Below, piece by piece: positions 7,484 through 17,789 of a DNA stretch of 64,000 bases. The translations under genes and the position numbers were made by a program. This DNA is from Herpetosiphon sp. (GTDB lineage: Bacteria > Chloroflexota > Anaerolineae > Anaerolineales > Villigracilaceae). The number at the start of each line of letters is the position of its first letter. The stretch's first letter is position 1. The stretch spans positions 43,135 to 107,134 of the forward strand of contig DYDH01000002.1 of assembly GCA_020717985.1 (NCBI GenBank), in the 5' to 3' direction. A model generated the notes under the pieces. The model searched no databases. It saw nothing but the letters and a program-made list of their open reading frames with translations, and had not been told where the DNA came from.

Positions 7484-9629
7484 AGCAATTGGGTGGTTGT
7501 TGGATGTGTATGCAGATCAGGATAGTGGAATTGTCCTGTGGTTATTGACCGATGATGACAAACGCCTGCGATTGTGCATGGACTTTGCAGTCACGTTTTA
7601 CGTGGCTGGGGATTTTAGCATCCTGCGCCAGGCATGGATTTATCTGAGAGACAAGGATGTAAAGTTGGAACGTACTACTCGGCGCGATCTCTTCCTCGGC
7701 GAGCGTGATGTGTTGAGTGTCACCACATCCAGTCCAGCAAAGCTTCCTAGAATCTTTTCAGGACTCTCACGCCAATTTCCAGCGCTGGATTATTACGATG
7801 CCGACATTCCCCTCAGTCTGCGTTTCATCGCGCAGACGAATACGCATTTATTGGGACGTTGCCGAGTTATGCTGGATGATGAATGGGTTCGGGGGATCGA
7901 GCCGTTGAATTCGCCCTGGGAGATTGCCCCGACTCCCATTCCCATACGAATATTGACTCTCAGTCCTGATGGTAACCCTGCCATTCGCAAGCCGACCCAC
8001 CTTCGGATTCGATATGAACGTGGGGAATACAACTTACCACTTGAATCCACGCGGGCTTTCATGATCGGATTGAAAGCCGATTTGAAACGCCTCGATCCCG
8101 ACCTGATCCTGACCGACTATGGTGACACCTGGCTTTTCCCGCAACTAACCGTATGGTCCAAAGAAAGTGGGATTGACCTGAATCCCAATCGCGATGAAAG
8201 CAGGGAAATTCTGACACATCGCGCGGATAGTTACTTCGCATACGGGCAGGTCATCTATCGCGGCGCACAGGCGCATTTGTTTGGCCGCTGGCACATTGAC
8301 CGCCACAATGCCATGTCGTTTGGAGAGTATGGTTTGGAAGGGGTGATGGAGCAAGCACGCGTTACAGGACTCGGTGTGCAGGAGATGGCACGTAAATCTC
8401 CGGGCGCAGGCATCACTGCCATGCAGATGTTGACTGCCATACGGAATGCGGTCATGGTCCCTGTTCAAAAGCAGCAAGTCGAAGGGACGAAAACACTTAC
8501 CGAATTGATCCGCGCCGATCATGGCGGACTGATCTATCAGCCCATCATCGGGCTGCACGGCAACGTGGCGCAGATTGATTTCTCCTCCATGTATCCAGCG
8601 ATTATGGTCAAGCACAATATATCGCCGGAAACTGTTGGACAAGAAAATGCGCCGGAAGGATTAGTGCCCAAGACTCTGCGACCCCTTTTGGAAAAGCGGC
8701 TGATGCTTAAGAACATTCTGTCGGATCTAAATCCGCGTGATTGTCGGGTGGTAATCCTCAAGGCGCGCGCCGCAGCGCTTAAGTGGTTGTTGGTGGTTTG
8801 CTTTGGTTATTTGGGATATAAGAATGCGCGCTTTGGAAAAATCGAATCGCATGAAGCTGTGACAGCCATGAGCAGGGAATTGATGTTACAGGCCAAGGAA
8901 GTGGCGGAAGATATGGGCTTCATTGTCTTACACATGTATGTAGACTGTCTATTTGTCCAGCAGGCAGGCTTTAAACAGTCGGCTGATTTTATCCCGCTCA
9001 TGGATGCCATTGTAGATAAAACGGGTATTCCCATCGCAATGGAAGGTGTATTCAAGTGGGTTGCATTTTTGTCCTCAAAAAGAGATGCGCGTGTGCCGGT
9101 TCCCAATCAATACTTTGGCACATTTATGGATGGATCAATTAAATATCGCGGTATAGAGTTACGTAGACGGGATACGACACTTTGGGTGCGAAAAATTCAA
9201 CTGACCGTGCTTGAAATTCTGGCAAAGGCGGATACGCCACAGGAATTCGCCGACTGTGTTCTCGATGTGCAGGCTTTGGTGGATCGAGCCAAGCGGGAAA
9301 TGCGATCAGGGCGTGTTCCATTGCATGAGTTGATCGTCAGGCAAAGGTTGAGTCGAAACTTGGATCGATACAAATCCCCTTCACCCGCTGCACGTGCAGC
9401 TTTGCAATTGCAGGCGCAAGGCCGTCAGCTTGTCCCCGGTCAATCGATTGAATTCCTATTCGCGCGCAATGCTTCCGGGGTCCATGCCTGGGAGCTAGAA
9501 GAGGCACCGAACCCCGGAAGGTTGGATACAAAAAGATACTTCAGGTTGTTGGATCGTGCAATCCAGACAGTGCTTGATCCATGCAAGATGGTATTTCTTC
9601 CTCCACAGTTGAAGGGTATGAAGTATTAA
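7476..9629 (+). CDS. polB: Family B DNA polymerase, PolB2-like
   Basis: IDFSSMYPAIM (motif A), KWLLVVCFGYLG (motif B), HMYVDCL (altered motif C), degenerate exonuclease region. Confidence 0.9.
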   Translation: MDEAIGWLLDVYADQDSGIVLWLLTDDDKRLRLCMDFAVTFYVAGDFSILRQAWIYLRDKDVKLERTTRRDLFLGERDVLSVTTSSPAKLPRIFSGLSRQFPALDYYDADIPLSLRFIAQTNTHLLGRCRVMLDDEWVRGIEPLNSPWEIAPTPIPIRILTLSPDGNPAIRKPTHLRIRYERGEYNLPLESTRAFMIGLKADLKRLDPDLILTDYGDTWLFPQLTVWSKESGIDLNPNRDESREILTHRADSYFAYGQVIYRGAQAHLFGRWHIDRHNAMSFGEYGLEGVMEQARVTGLGVQEMARKSPGAGITAMQMLTAIRNAVMVPVQKQQVEGTKTLTELIRADHGGLIYQPIIGLHGNVAQIDFSSMYPAIMVKHNISPETVGQENAPEGLVPKTLRPLLEKRLMLKNILSDLNPRDCRVVILKARAAALKWLLVVCFGYLGYKNARFGKIESHEAVTAMSRELMLQAKEVAEDMGFIVLHMYVDCLFVQQAGFKQSADFIPLMDAIVDKTGIPIAMEGVFKWVAFLSSKRDARVPVPNQYFGTFMDGSIKYRGIELRRRDTTLWVRKIQLTVLEILAKADTPQEFADCVLDVQALVDRAKREMRSGRVPLHELIVRQRLSRNLDRYKSPSPAARAALQLQAQGRQLVPGQSIEFLFARNASGVHAWELEEAPNPGRLDTKRYFRLLDRAIQTVLDPCKMVFLPPQLKGMKY

Positions 9630-9899
9630 CTGCCGATCATATTTACCAGTCCTTATGCTGAAATGCACGAGCAGAAATGTAGAAAATTTTGGCGCAATAC
9701 ACGACAGGAGCTTTGGCATGTAGAGGTTCAAAATTCACTATTTTTTTGACAAGAATTGACATGATATTGTCGCACAATGCCTATTATTCAGGTTAACCGA
9801 AGTTGCCTAACAAATATTCGGTCAAAATACAGTTGTTTTGGCATCGAAACGTAAGGGAATTGGCGTTAACCTGAATAGGGGCTACCCTTTTGGGTAAAA

Positions 9900-10406
9900 T
9901 CATATTTTGAGGCGATAGTGTAGCAAGCCCTGACCAATAGTGAAAAGAGCTTTCAATATCTCCTCTGGTGATGGAGGGCAACCCGGCACATGAGCAATAA
10001 TTGCCTTCTTCACCTCTTCAGGATAACCCTCTTCAGAATAAGGAAAGACTGCATAAGAATTCTGAAACTCACCTGCATTTTGAGTGCAGTCACCAATAGT
10101 GACAATCCGTGGAACAGGCATAGCCTCTAACGTTGAGCGTGCCGCTCTGTCCAAACTACGTACATAAGGCCCTGTCAACGCCAGAATGTCGGCATGACGA
10201 GGCGATGCCTCGAAGTGAATGCCCCATTGCGCCGAATCGTAAATGGGATTCGCTAATGCATTCAATTCCAGTTCACAGGCATTGCACGAACCGCAATCTA
10301 AATGGCGAATGAAAAGCGAACATGGCTTGCCGCCTAAAGTCTTCAAACTCTGTTTTCTTTGTTCGACAAGTTGATTGAGCATTTTTTTGCGGAGTTTTTC
10401 TTCCAT
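9900..10406 (-). CDS. hyfI: NuoB/HyfI-like Fe-S small subunit (EhrS)
   Basis: GSCNACELE, SPRHAD, GDC, GCPP. Confidence 0.9.
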   Translation of the reverse strand: MEEKLRKKMLNQLVEQRKQSLKTLGGKPCSLFIRHLDCGSCNACELELNALANPIYDSAQWGIHFEASPRHADILALTGPYVRSLDRAARSTLEAMPVPRIVTIGDCTQNAGEFQNSYAVFPYSEEGYPEEVKKAIIAHVPGCPPSPEEILKALFTIGQGLLHYRLKI

Positions 10407-10414
10407 AGGGTTAC

Positions 10415-12343
10415 CTACAAATCATGTCCTGCGTAAGATAGATTGAAACTTTTATTGATAAGAGGAAAGTCGGCTAGAATATTCTCTAGGAATTTATTAT
10501 CTTCATTATCCTGATCCTGTTTTCGTTGAACGGCTTTTGGAAATACATGCCAGTTAAAGGTAGACGGGTCGCGCACCTTACAGCGTGCGATAGTGTTATC
10601 CATTCCTTTAAAAATTACATACACTACATCACCTCGCCATTCTTCAGCATATCCCAATCCCATGCTCATTTCCTGCACCCTAGCCAGACTCATTTCAAGT
10701 GACGTTGCGGGTTCTAATATATTTTTAGAGTACGATAATTTTTCGATAAATTTTTCAACTAAGTGCAAAGATGTTTCAAGCTCAGCAACCCGAATTGATA
10801 AGCGGGCAAAGACATCTCCCTTCAAGTCATGTTTATATACTGGCGCAAGACGCGTGGATGGCGTTTCTTCCGGCGTCAGGGTCTCTTGCAAGCATTGCTG
10901 AATATCAGAAGAAGAGTAAGCCGGCGAAGGATGGCGAAGCCGAAAATCATGCTGATACCAACCTGATGCGCGGGAAACCAGACCAGTCGCATAACGCGCC
11001 TCCTCTTTTGTCAACGTGCCAGTGGTCAGCATACGTTCACGACAAGCTTGGCTTTCCCTTAGTTTTTTGCCCCATCCCAGCGCTTCTTCGGTGATAATCT
11101 CAACCGTATTGTACATACCAAATAAATTGACGGATGAATTGGGTAAAACGCTTCCCGGTTGATTTAGACCCCGTAAGAAACGATTTCCACTCAAAGGTAG
11201 ATTTATGAAATGCACAAATAATTCTCTCAGTGTTGCAAGAGAGGATGCAGCCTGCTCATAAGCCAAGCCAGTTGCTAGTAGACCAATATCCGAAATATGG
11301 TTATACATGCGCTCTAATTCAAGAAATAGAGCACGCCACTCATAAATAACGGGGGGCAACTCGATTTGTGTCAGATTTTCAACAGCTTGACAGTAGGCAA
11401 TTGCATGGGCAACAGAAGAACTGCCGGAGACCTTTTCTGCCAGTTTCCAACCAGTTTGCAGTGTGTAGTTGGTCTCAAACATTTTTTCGATTCCGCGATG
11501 TTTATATCCCAATCGTATAGGCAATTCCTCTACCACCTCCCCAGCAACATGAAAAGGAAAGTGTCCTGCTTCGATGATTCCAGCGTGAATGGGACCTACT
11601 GGCACAATCAACATTCCTTCGGAGAGGTGGACGATGTTTTTGGGGATAAATTTTCCGTATACGTTTAGCTTTTGCCGCTCATTTCGAATATCGTATCTCG
11701 TACCTGCATCGTCAATCACCCATTTACTGCCAGCCCGTTCCACTTGTACTGTGGCCTCGGCAGTCAGAGAGACACCTTGTTTTTGAAACGATTCGCGAAG
11801 CGCGTCGATTAATTGGCTGGCATTTAGCGTCCCCGCAAATTCGGAGTCAACGCTAAACATTTTTTCTAATCGTGTTTGTAAATTCTTTAATGTGCGCCGC
11901 CTTCGCAAAGGAAAAAATTCTTGCGGATATGTTTCTCCCTGAAGTAAAAAGCCTGGCTGCGAAGCGCCTTTCTCAGGATTTGTGGCAATCACGCCGAACA
12001 TATCGTGAATTTCCAGCTCGAGCGGGTGCGCATTTGGATAAATATCCGCCACAGAGTGGTAAACGACTTGTTGCACTGCGTTAGGGATAAAATATTCCAG
12101 GATGATTATCTCGTTTTTTTCGCCAGATAAGACGTAATAAATTTTAAAAGCACGGTCAACCAGCAGGCGGTCGTCAGTGGCAAATAAGTTGCACAAATAA
12201 TATTCCGGTTGATTGGCCCAATTGAGTAATTGGCGTAATACCTTCTCATCCTGAATCACAAAATGGCGCTGATTTGCCGCTTTTCGGGGCAATTCTACAA
12301 AACTTCCCCTAGGTAGACTGGATAAGCCCAAATCTATTGTCAT
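10415..12343 (-). CDS. hyfG: NuoCD/HyfG-like large subunit lacking NiFe ligands (EhrL)
   Basis: VGPIHAGIIEAGHF, YKHRGIEK, ELERMYNH. L1 site reads KVSGSSSVAH; C-terminus is DFPLINKSFNLSYAGHDL with no CxxC. Confidence 0.9.
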   Translation of the reverse strand: MTIDLGLSSLPRGSFVELPRKAANQRHFVIQDEKVLRQLLNWANQPEYYLCNLFATDDRLLVDRAFKIYYVLSGEKNEIIILEYFIPNAVQQVVYHSVADIYPNAHPLELEIHDMFGVIATNPEKGASQPGFLLQGETYPQEFFPLRRRRTLKNLQTRLEKMFSVDSEFAGTLNASQLIDALRESFQKQGVSLTAEATVQVERAGSKWVIDDAGTRYDIRNERQKLNVYGKFIPKNIVHLSEGMLIVPVGPIHAGIIEAGHFPFHVAGEVVEELPIRLGYKHRGIEKMFETNYTLQTGWKLAEKVSGSSSVAHAIAYCQAVENLTQIELPPVIYEWRALFLELERMYNHISDIGLLATGLAYEQAASSLATLRELFVHFINLPLSGNRFLRGLNQPGSVLPNSSVNLFGMYNTVEIITEEALGWGKKLRESQACRERMLTTGTLTKEEARYATGLVSRASGWYQHDFRLRHPSPAYSSSDIQQCLQETLTPEETPSTRLAPVYKHDLKGDVFARLSIRVAELETSLHLVEKFIEKLSYSKNILEPATSLEMSLARVQEMSMGLGYAEEWRGDVVYVIFKGMDNTIARCKVRDPSTFNWHVFPKAVQRKQDQDNEDNKFLENILADFPLINKSFNLSYAGHDL

Positions 12344-13944
12344 GGGTTTACTCCTTGCACATTCAGAACAATATTGACGCTCTCATGCACCAGACTGGCA
12401 AGTTTAGGAAAAATCCAGACACCAAGTGTGAGCATTAGGGCAAATAGAAAAATTAGGGGAGCGACAGCAGTCCATGAAAAGCGTTCACGTGCAATTTCCT
12501 TTTCGGCTTTGCCCAGAACAAGTTTTTTCAGGTGATTGACCAGACCATAAAAAATCAGGGTAGTGGAAATGATAAAAATAGCGATAGCGACGCCAGCAAT
12601 CCATTTAGGATAGTAGGGTTGTGTAGGAGACTGACCTGGAATGAATCGCGATAATGCTCCCCACAAGATAATTAACTCACTCATGAAAATATTGAAAGGT
12701 GGTGTGCCAACAAGCGCTAGACCACCCAACGTAAGTAGACCGCCACTCCAAGGCATCGTGCGCAATGCACCTGCAATTGGAATGTCTGTCTTGTCATAAT
12801 TTCTGGAGATATTCCCATAGGCTAGGAACATCAAGGCTTTGGTAATGGCATGATTCAGCATATGCAAAAGTGCTCCTGCAATTGCAATCGGACCGCCAAT
12901 CCCAAAGCCGAAGGCAATAATCCCCATATGCTCCAAACTGTGGTAAGCCAAGACGCGCTTGAAAAAATTTTCCTTCAGGATAAATGGTGTTGCTACGAAC
13001 AGGGAAACTAAACCGGCAATCAACAAAGAGTAAGATGTCCAATCAGGGTGCGTGTTGCCCAAGACAGCATTAGTCAGAATATAGAAACGTAGGATAACGT
13101 AAAAGGATGCTTTGAGCAGAACACCTGAGAGAAGAGCACTAATCGGCGCTGGCGCCTCGCCATGACCATCGGGTAGCCAAGTGTGCAGAGGAGCCAGCCC
13201 TGCCTTGGTTCCGTATCCAACAAGAGCAAACAAAAATGCAAACCAAACCAATTTAGGATCTAGTAGCGAGCTATTATTCATCAAGAATGTCCAATCCAGA
13301 AGTTGATTGGGAGTATTTGCTAGTTTCAATATAGGAGCGTCTGTTTCATGACTGGCAAGAAAAATAGTGCCAAGCAAAGCCAGAACAATGCCGGTTGAAG
13401 TAATAATCAAATACTTCCAAGTTGCTTCCCAAGAGGACTTTCTCCCTTCGTATACAATCAATATTGCCGATCCCACCGTTGTCAATTCAATAGCAATCCA
13501 CACCACAACCAAATTGTTTGCCAGAGGCACTAATAGCATCGTAAAGTGAAACAGATTAATTAGTATATGAAAACCTATTTTTTTCTGCCACCAAGGCTTT
13601 TCAGGCAATGAAGGCATTGCATCCAGATATGCTAGACTATTCCAGGATGCGGCAAAAGCAACGATATTGATGAGCAAAATCATGAAGATGCTCAAAGCGT
13701 CAACGTGAAAATTAACCCACAAAAAATCAAAACTGGCATCTTGCTTTTCTGTAAATAACATCCAGATAGAAACTGCCAGCAAAAGAAACGATGAGACAAA
13801 CGTAATTGCGCTCAAGAGGCGTTCACTGAGAATCGGATCTTTACGACCCAGTAATCCTGCCAACAAAGAAGTTGTCACAACTATGCCAAGCGGAAGGAAA
13901 AAAGTAATTTGAGCAAGGATGCGTAATAAGTTTGTGATGCCCAT
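12340..13944 (-). CDS. hyfF: HyfF-like antiporter-type subunit
   Basis: GYGTKAGLAPLHTWLPDGHGEAPAPISALLSG, LAYHSLEHMG. Confidence 0.9.
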   Translation of the reverse strand: MGITNLLRILAQITFFLPLGIVVTTSLLAGLLGRKDPILSERLLSAITFVSSFLLLAVSIWMLFTEKQDASFDFLWVNFHVDALSIFMILLINIVAFAASWNSLAYLDAMPSLPEKPWWQKKIGFHILINLFHFTMLLVPLANNLVVVWIAIELTTVGSAILIVYEGRKSSWEATWKYLIITSTGIVLALLGTIFLASHETDAPILKLANTPNQLLDWTFLMNNSSLLDPKLVWFAFLFALVGYGTKAGLAPLHTWLPDGHGEAPAPISALLSGVLLKASFYVILRFYILTNAVLGNTHPDWTSYSLLIAGLVSLFVATPFILKENFFKRVLAYHSLEHMGIIAFGFGIGGPIAIAGALLHMLNHAITKALMFLAYGNISRNYDKTDIPIAGALRTMPWSGGLLTLGGLALVGTPPFNIFMSELIILWGALSRFIPGQSPTQPYYPKWIAGVAIAIFIISTTLIFYGLVNHLKKLVLGKAEKEIARERFSWTAVAPLIFLFALMLTLGVWIFPKLASLVHESVNIVLNVQGVNP

Positions 13945-13945
13945 T

Positions 13946-14695
13946 TCAACCTTCCAATTTGGACTGCTTAGCAATATCATCCAAACTCAATGTGTCAACT
14001 TCGTGACGTAGCTGCGGCAATATCAAAAACAAGATTAGCAGGGTGATAAATGTGTAAAAATAGAGGGCTATTACAAAGAGAACGGCTGGTGCTGGGATAT
14101 TGACCACTTTGAGAATGGCTAGATACATGCCTTGGTCCATCGTAAGGATTCCAATCACTTGGGAGAGAATGTCTCTGCGTAAAAAAGTGTTGTACAACCC
14201 AATGAGATGCAAGGCAAGTGAAACCGAAATGCCTATTTTGGGTTCAGGCTCTACCAGAAGCCCTCCTAAAAACACAATTGCAAAAGCAAGGGTGGTTAGT
14301 AAGGCGATTGCTATTCCTGAACGAGTAGAAACTGCATGGTGCTGTTCCAGCCAAATACTGTGTGCAAGGCGTTTTTGTTCATTGGAAACAAGTTGCCCAA
14401 AAGCGAGTTTTGTTTTTACCCCAGGTTCGTAAACAGTAGCCCGGGCTAACACCTGATCAATAAAAAAGCCAAGAGCAAATGGAAGGAAGGCAATTAGTAT
14501 TACAGGTACAAAAGATTCCCAAAACCCTGTTCTGTTTTCGATCAACTTGGTAAGAGCAATCAGTATTCCAGTCGCCCCAAGAATATAAGACTGCAAGGAA
14601 TATGCTTTAATGACATTCGGCACATCCCGCTGTGTTGTAACAAGATATGCAGTAATAAGTAGAATTATCTCAGGGATAGCAATCAAACTATTCAT
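13946..14695 (-). CDS. hyfE: HyfE-like membrane subunit (divergent)
   Basis: YSLQS and SQVIGILTMDQG motifs, position in operon. Confidence 0.75.
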   Translation of the reverse strand: MNSLIAIPEIILLITAYLVTTQRDVPNVIKAYSLQSYILGATGILIALTKLIENRTGFWESFVPVILIAFLPFALGFFIDQVLARATVYEPGVKTKLAFGQLVSNEQKRLAHSIWLEQHHAVSTRSGIAIALLTTLAFAIVFLGGLLVEPEPKIGISVSLALHLIGLYNTFLRRDILSQVIGILTMDQGMYLAILKVVNIPAPAVLFVIALYFYTFITLLILFLILPQLRHEVDTLSLDDIAKQSKLEG

Positions 14696-14698
14696 AAG

Positions 14699-15616
14699 CT
14701 ATTCTCCATTGAAAAACTGAACAATAATGGCAAACAGACTGAAGAGGAGAGAAATTTGTGCTACAGTAGGAACTTGCCCCAGACGCATTTTTGGGATTTT
14801 TGATTCCCACAGTGCCAAGCCAACCCCCGAAACTAACCAGAGCAAAGGCATTATCGCAAGCGTCATATTGGGTATCAACAAGGAAACAAGTAACTGCATC
14901 CACAGCGCGATCATGAATAGCAATTTGCTCATCTCGCCCCACTCTATTAATGCCATGTCACGCCCGGAAAATTCGAGTTCTACCGCTTTTCCTGCCATTG
15001 TCAGTTCCAAGTGCGTCTCTGGGTTATCCACGGGAATGCGCCGGGTTTCCAAAATAAGCACCGGAAAAAAGGCAGCAAATAAAAGAAGCGTAGAGATAAT
15101 GAACGCTAGATTTCCATTTTCTTGAGACTCAAAATTGTATGGAAGGACGGCACTACCTGACAAGATGAAAACGCCAGCAATGACACCAAAAAGGCTGATT
15201 TCGGTCAAAAAGTGAAAAAACATCTCTCGGCTGCTTCCAAGACCGCCAAAAGAAGAGGCGCTATCTAAGCCAGCTAGACTCAGAGTAAAGCGTGCCAGTC
15301 CCAAGAGGTAAAGCGTGAGTATCAAATCTGCACGAAGCAAAGGCGCGAAAAAAACGGGTAATGTAAAAAGCAATGTTCCATAAGAGAGAAAAACAACCCA
15401 AGGAGCCCAGTAGAATACCCACGAAGTGGTGCGAGAACGTGTGGCTGGAACCCGGAACAATTTGAACAAGTCGCGGTAAGGTTGTATAAGGTAAACAACA
15501 GAGCGCCTACGGCCTGTGAAATTCGCTTTCCACCAATTTGTCCAGCCAATAAGTATTGGGGCAAAAGCAAGAATTGCCAAGCCTTGCAGGTAGGGAAAGA
15601 TGGTTTGCATGTTCAT
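14699..15616 (-). CDS. hyfC: HyfC/NuoH-like membrane subunit
   Basis: QPYRDLFKLF, FGGLGSSRE, RIPVDNPETHLELTM. Confidence 0.9.
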   Translation of the reverse strand: MNMQTIFPYLQGLAILAFAPILIGWTNWWKANFTGRRRSVVYLIQPYRDLFKLFRVPATRSRTTSWVFYWAPWVVFLSYGTLLFTLPVFFAPLLRADLILTLYLLGLARFTLSLAGLDSASSFGGLGSSREMFFHFLTEISLFGVIAGVFILSGSAVLPYNFESQENGNLAFIISTLLLFAAFFPVLILETRRIPVDNPETHLELTMAGKAVELEFSGRDMALIEWGEMSKLLFMIALWMQLLVSLLIPNMTLAIMPLLWLVSGVGLALWESKIPKMRLGQVPTVAQISLLFSLFAIIVQFFNGE

Positions 15617-15617
15617 G

Positions 15618-17789
15618 TTAAGCACCTTTGAGTATGATAGCAGTCAGCCAGTAGAGAATAAAGATAATTACAGTGACCCAGAAGACATATTTCAAATAGT
15701 TGCGAATATCGCGGTTCTGGACTTTTTTGCCAAACTTTTCCGAAAGACTGAGAAGTTCACCAATTAATCGGCTGTAGTTATGCCTAAAGATTTCTGTGAT
15801 ATATTGTGGGTTGTTGAGGCTTTCGGACAAAACCAGTTTAGCTGGCAGGTAATCTGTTTCTGAGGAAACAATATCCTTATTAGCGAACAACTTGCGCAGG
15901 GAATAAGAGAGCGCCCCGCTGGTATACTGATGAACGGTTTTTTGGGGCAAAGGCTCACCGCAGTCCCAGGGAAGATCTGGCTGGCGAGTCTCAACACGCG
16001 AATGAAATTGCCAGCGGGATAGCGCGGCAATTCCTAACAGCAAGATGATAACAGCCAATACTTGAAGAGGTAGACTGTAATTCTCAGATGATAGTGGGAC
16101 AGATTGGGCGGGTAATTGGAATTGATACCATTGCAATTGATTCTGATTCCAGAAACTATCTGGTATTTGTAATGGCTCGAATGCCTTGACCAATTGAGGC
16201 GCAATCACACCTGGTAGAGTGCCCAAGAGCAAACATAGAAAAGCCATCAACCCCATGACGCCTTTCATACTGAGATGAACATCTTCTTTTTCCCATTCTG
16301 TTCTTTCATCTTCCGGCAGACGCGGCATTCCCAACAAAGCTATTCCAGCCATTTTGTAGAAGCAAAAAGCGGTTAGCGCAAAAGATGCCACTAACAAGAG
16401 CAAACCCACCAGAACCGCCAGGGAGGAGATGAGATTGCCATGAAGATTGTATAAGCCGACCAATCCCGTTTGCAACACCAGCCATTCGCTTATAAATCCA
16501 TTGAGAGGAGGAAATCCAGAAATGGAAAAGGAACCAATCAGGAACATGCTGGCGGTAAAGCTATATTTGTGTATCAATCCGCCTAGACGGTCAATATCTA
16601 CGGTTTGATGGGTGAGATTGTCAATCGCGCCTGTGGCAAGATAGAGCAAACCTTTGAATACAGCATGATTGAGAAGATGATACAAACTGGCTACCAACCC
16701 TAAATAGGCCAGCGGGGGATTTTGATCCCAGAATATCAACCCAAAACCGATGCCGGCACAAATGATGCCGATGTTTTCGATGCTGTGATAGGCCAACGCT
16801 TCTTTCAAGTCATGGCTGGAGATGGCATACCAAACATTAACCAACGCTGTAATAACGGCCACAGCCAGCAATAGATATCCCCACCAGGCTTGCGGTGGCA
16901 AAAATTGAAAGAAAAAGCGATACATCAAATAAATGGCAACTTTGATGGCTATTCCCAGTGAGAGCGCATGCGTTGTGGTTGGTGAGGATGGGTGTACTAG
17001 TGAGACCCAAATATGCGCTGGCGTCAATCCCGCGCGGATGCCCAATCCCGCCAAAGCAAACAGAAATATCGCGGTTAATATTGGCAGGTTACTTTGTAAC
17101 TTTTGAGCGTCATCAATAAAGTCTTGATAGCTCCATCCACCTGCATGAATAGCTAGGAGCAACACAGCCAACAAGAGAAAAACCGTGCTGGTGTGGCTAA
17201 TCATCAGATACACCTGTGGAGCAATAAATGCTTTGCGTTGTTTTTCTGGTTTAACAACGTGATATTTGTCATCCTGATATAAAAAGTGTTTGTACAATAC
17301 AAGGTAGCCAAAGGAAAGTGTCATTATTTCCAAGCTGATCAGCAAGGAAACCCCATCGTGCGCCGCCAATACCATCACGGTTGACCAAGTAAATATGTTG
17401 AATGCCGAGGTAATCCAATGAGCATAGTCTCGATAGTGACGCGCTTGTAATGCTTTGAAAGAATAGACAGCAACCAACGCTGAAAAAGAGGTCACCAGAA
17501 AAACAAAAAAAGCAGAAAGAGTATCCAGATTGAATTCCAGTTGCAGTGGCGGCAAAGTCTGATTGTGAAGCGTAACATCCATGCCAGCCCACCAATCAAC
17601 GGGAATTTTTAGCGTTTCCCATTGCAAAAAGCCCAGCCAGATTGCCGCGCTGAAGCCAGCCGCGATCAAATTGGTCAGCAGTGCAAGGCTGAGTGAGACA
17701 TTCACTGCCTTATGCCAAAAAACGGGCAAAAGAGTCGCAAGAATCCATGCAAGCGTGAGACCCAATAGGAAAATAGTCAGAGGATTCAT
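15618..17789 (-). CDS. hyfB: HyfB-like antiporter-type subunit
   Basis: LAYHSIENIG, HLLNHAVFKGLL, PPLNGFISEW, WDCG...QYT. Confidence 0.9.
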   Translation of the reverse strand: MNPLTIFLLGLTLAWILATLLPVFWHKAVNVSLSLALLTNLIAAGFSAAIWLGFLQWETLKIPVDWWAGMDVTLHNQTLPPLQLEFNLDTLSAFFVFLVTSFSALVAVYSFKALQARHYRDYAHWITSAFNIFTWSTVMVLAAHDGVSLLISLEIMTLSFGYLVLYKHFLYQDDKYHVVKPEKQRKAFIAPQVYLMISHTSTVFLLLAVLLLAIHAGGWSYQDFIDDAQKLQSNLPILTAIFLFALAGLGIRAGLTPAHIWVSLVHPSSPTTTHALSLGIAIKVAIYLMYRFFFQFLPPQAWWGYLLLAVAVITALVNVWYAISSHDLKEALAYHSIENIGIICAGIGFGLIFWDQNPPLAYLGLVASLYHLLNHAVFKGLLYLATGAIDNLTHQTVDIDRLGGLIHKYSFTASMFLIGSFSISGFPPLNGFISEWLVLQTGLVGLYNLHGNLISSLAVLVGLLLLVASFALTAFCFYKMAGIALLGMPRLPEDERTEWEKEDVHLSMKGVMGLMAFLCLLLGTLPGVIAPQLVKAFEPLQIPDSFWNQNQLQWYQFQLPAQSVPLSSENYSLPLQVLAVIILLLGIAALSRWQFHSRVETRQPDLPWDCGEPLPQKTVHQYTSGALSYSLRKLFANKDIVSSETDYLPAKLVLSESLNNPQYITEIFRHNYSRLIGELLSLSEKFGKKVQNRDIRNYLKYVFWVTVIIFILYWLTAIILKGA

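Noticed and set aside
9900-17789. Functional group 4 [NiFe] hydrogenase / formate hydrogenlyase
   Set aside because: The large subunit lacks both CxxC nickel-binding motifs and no maturation genes are present, so it is Ehr-type.
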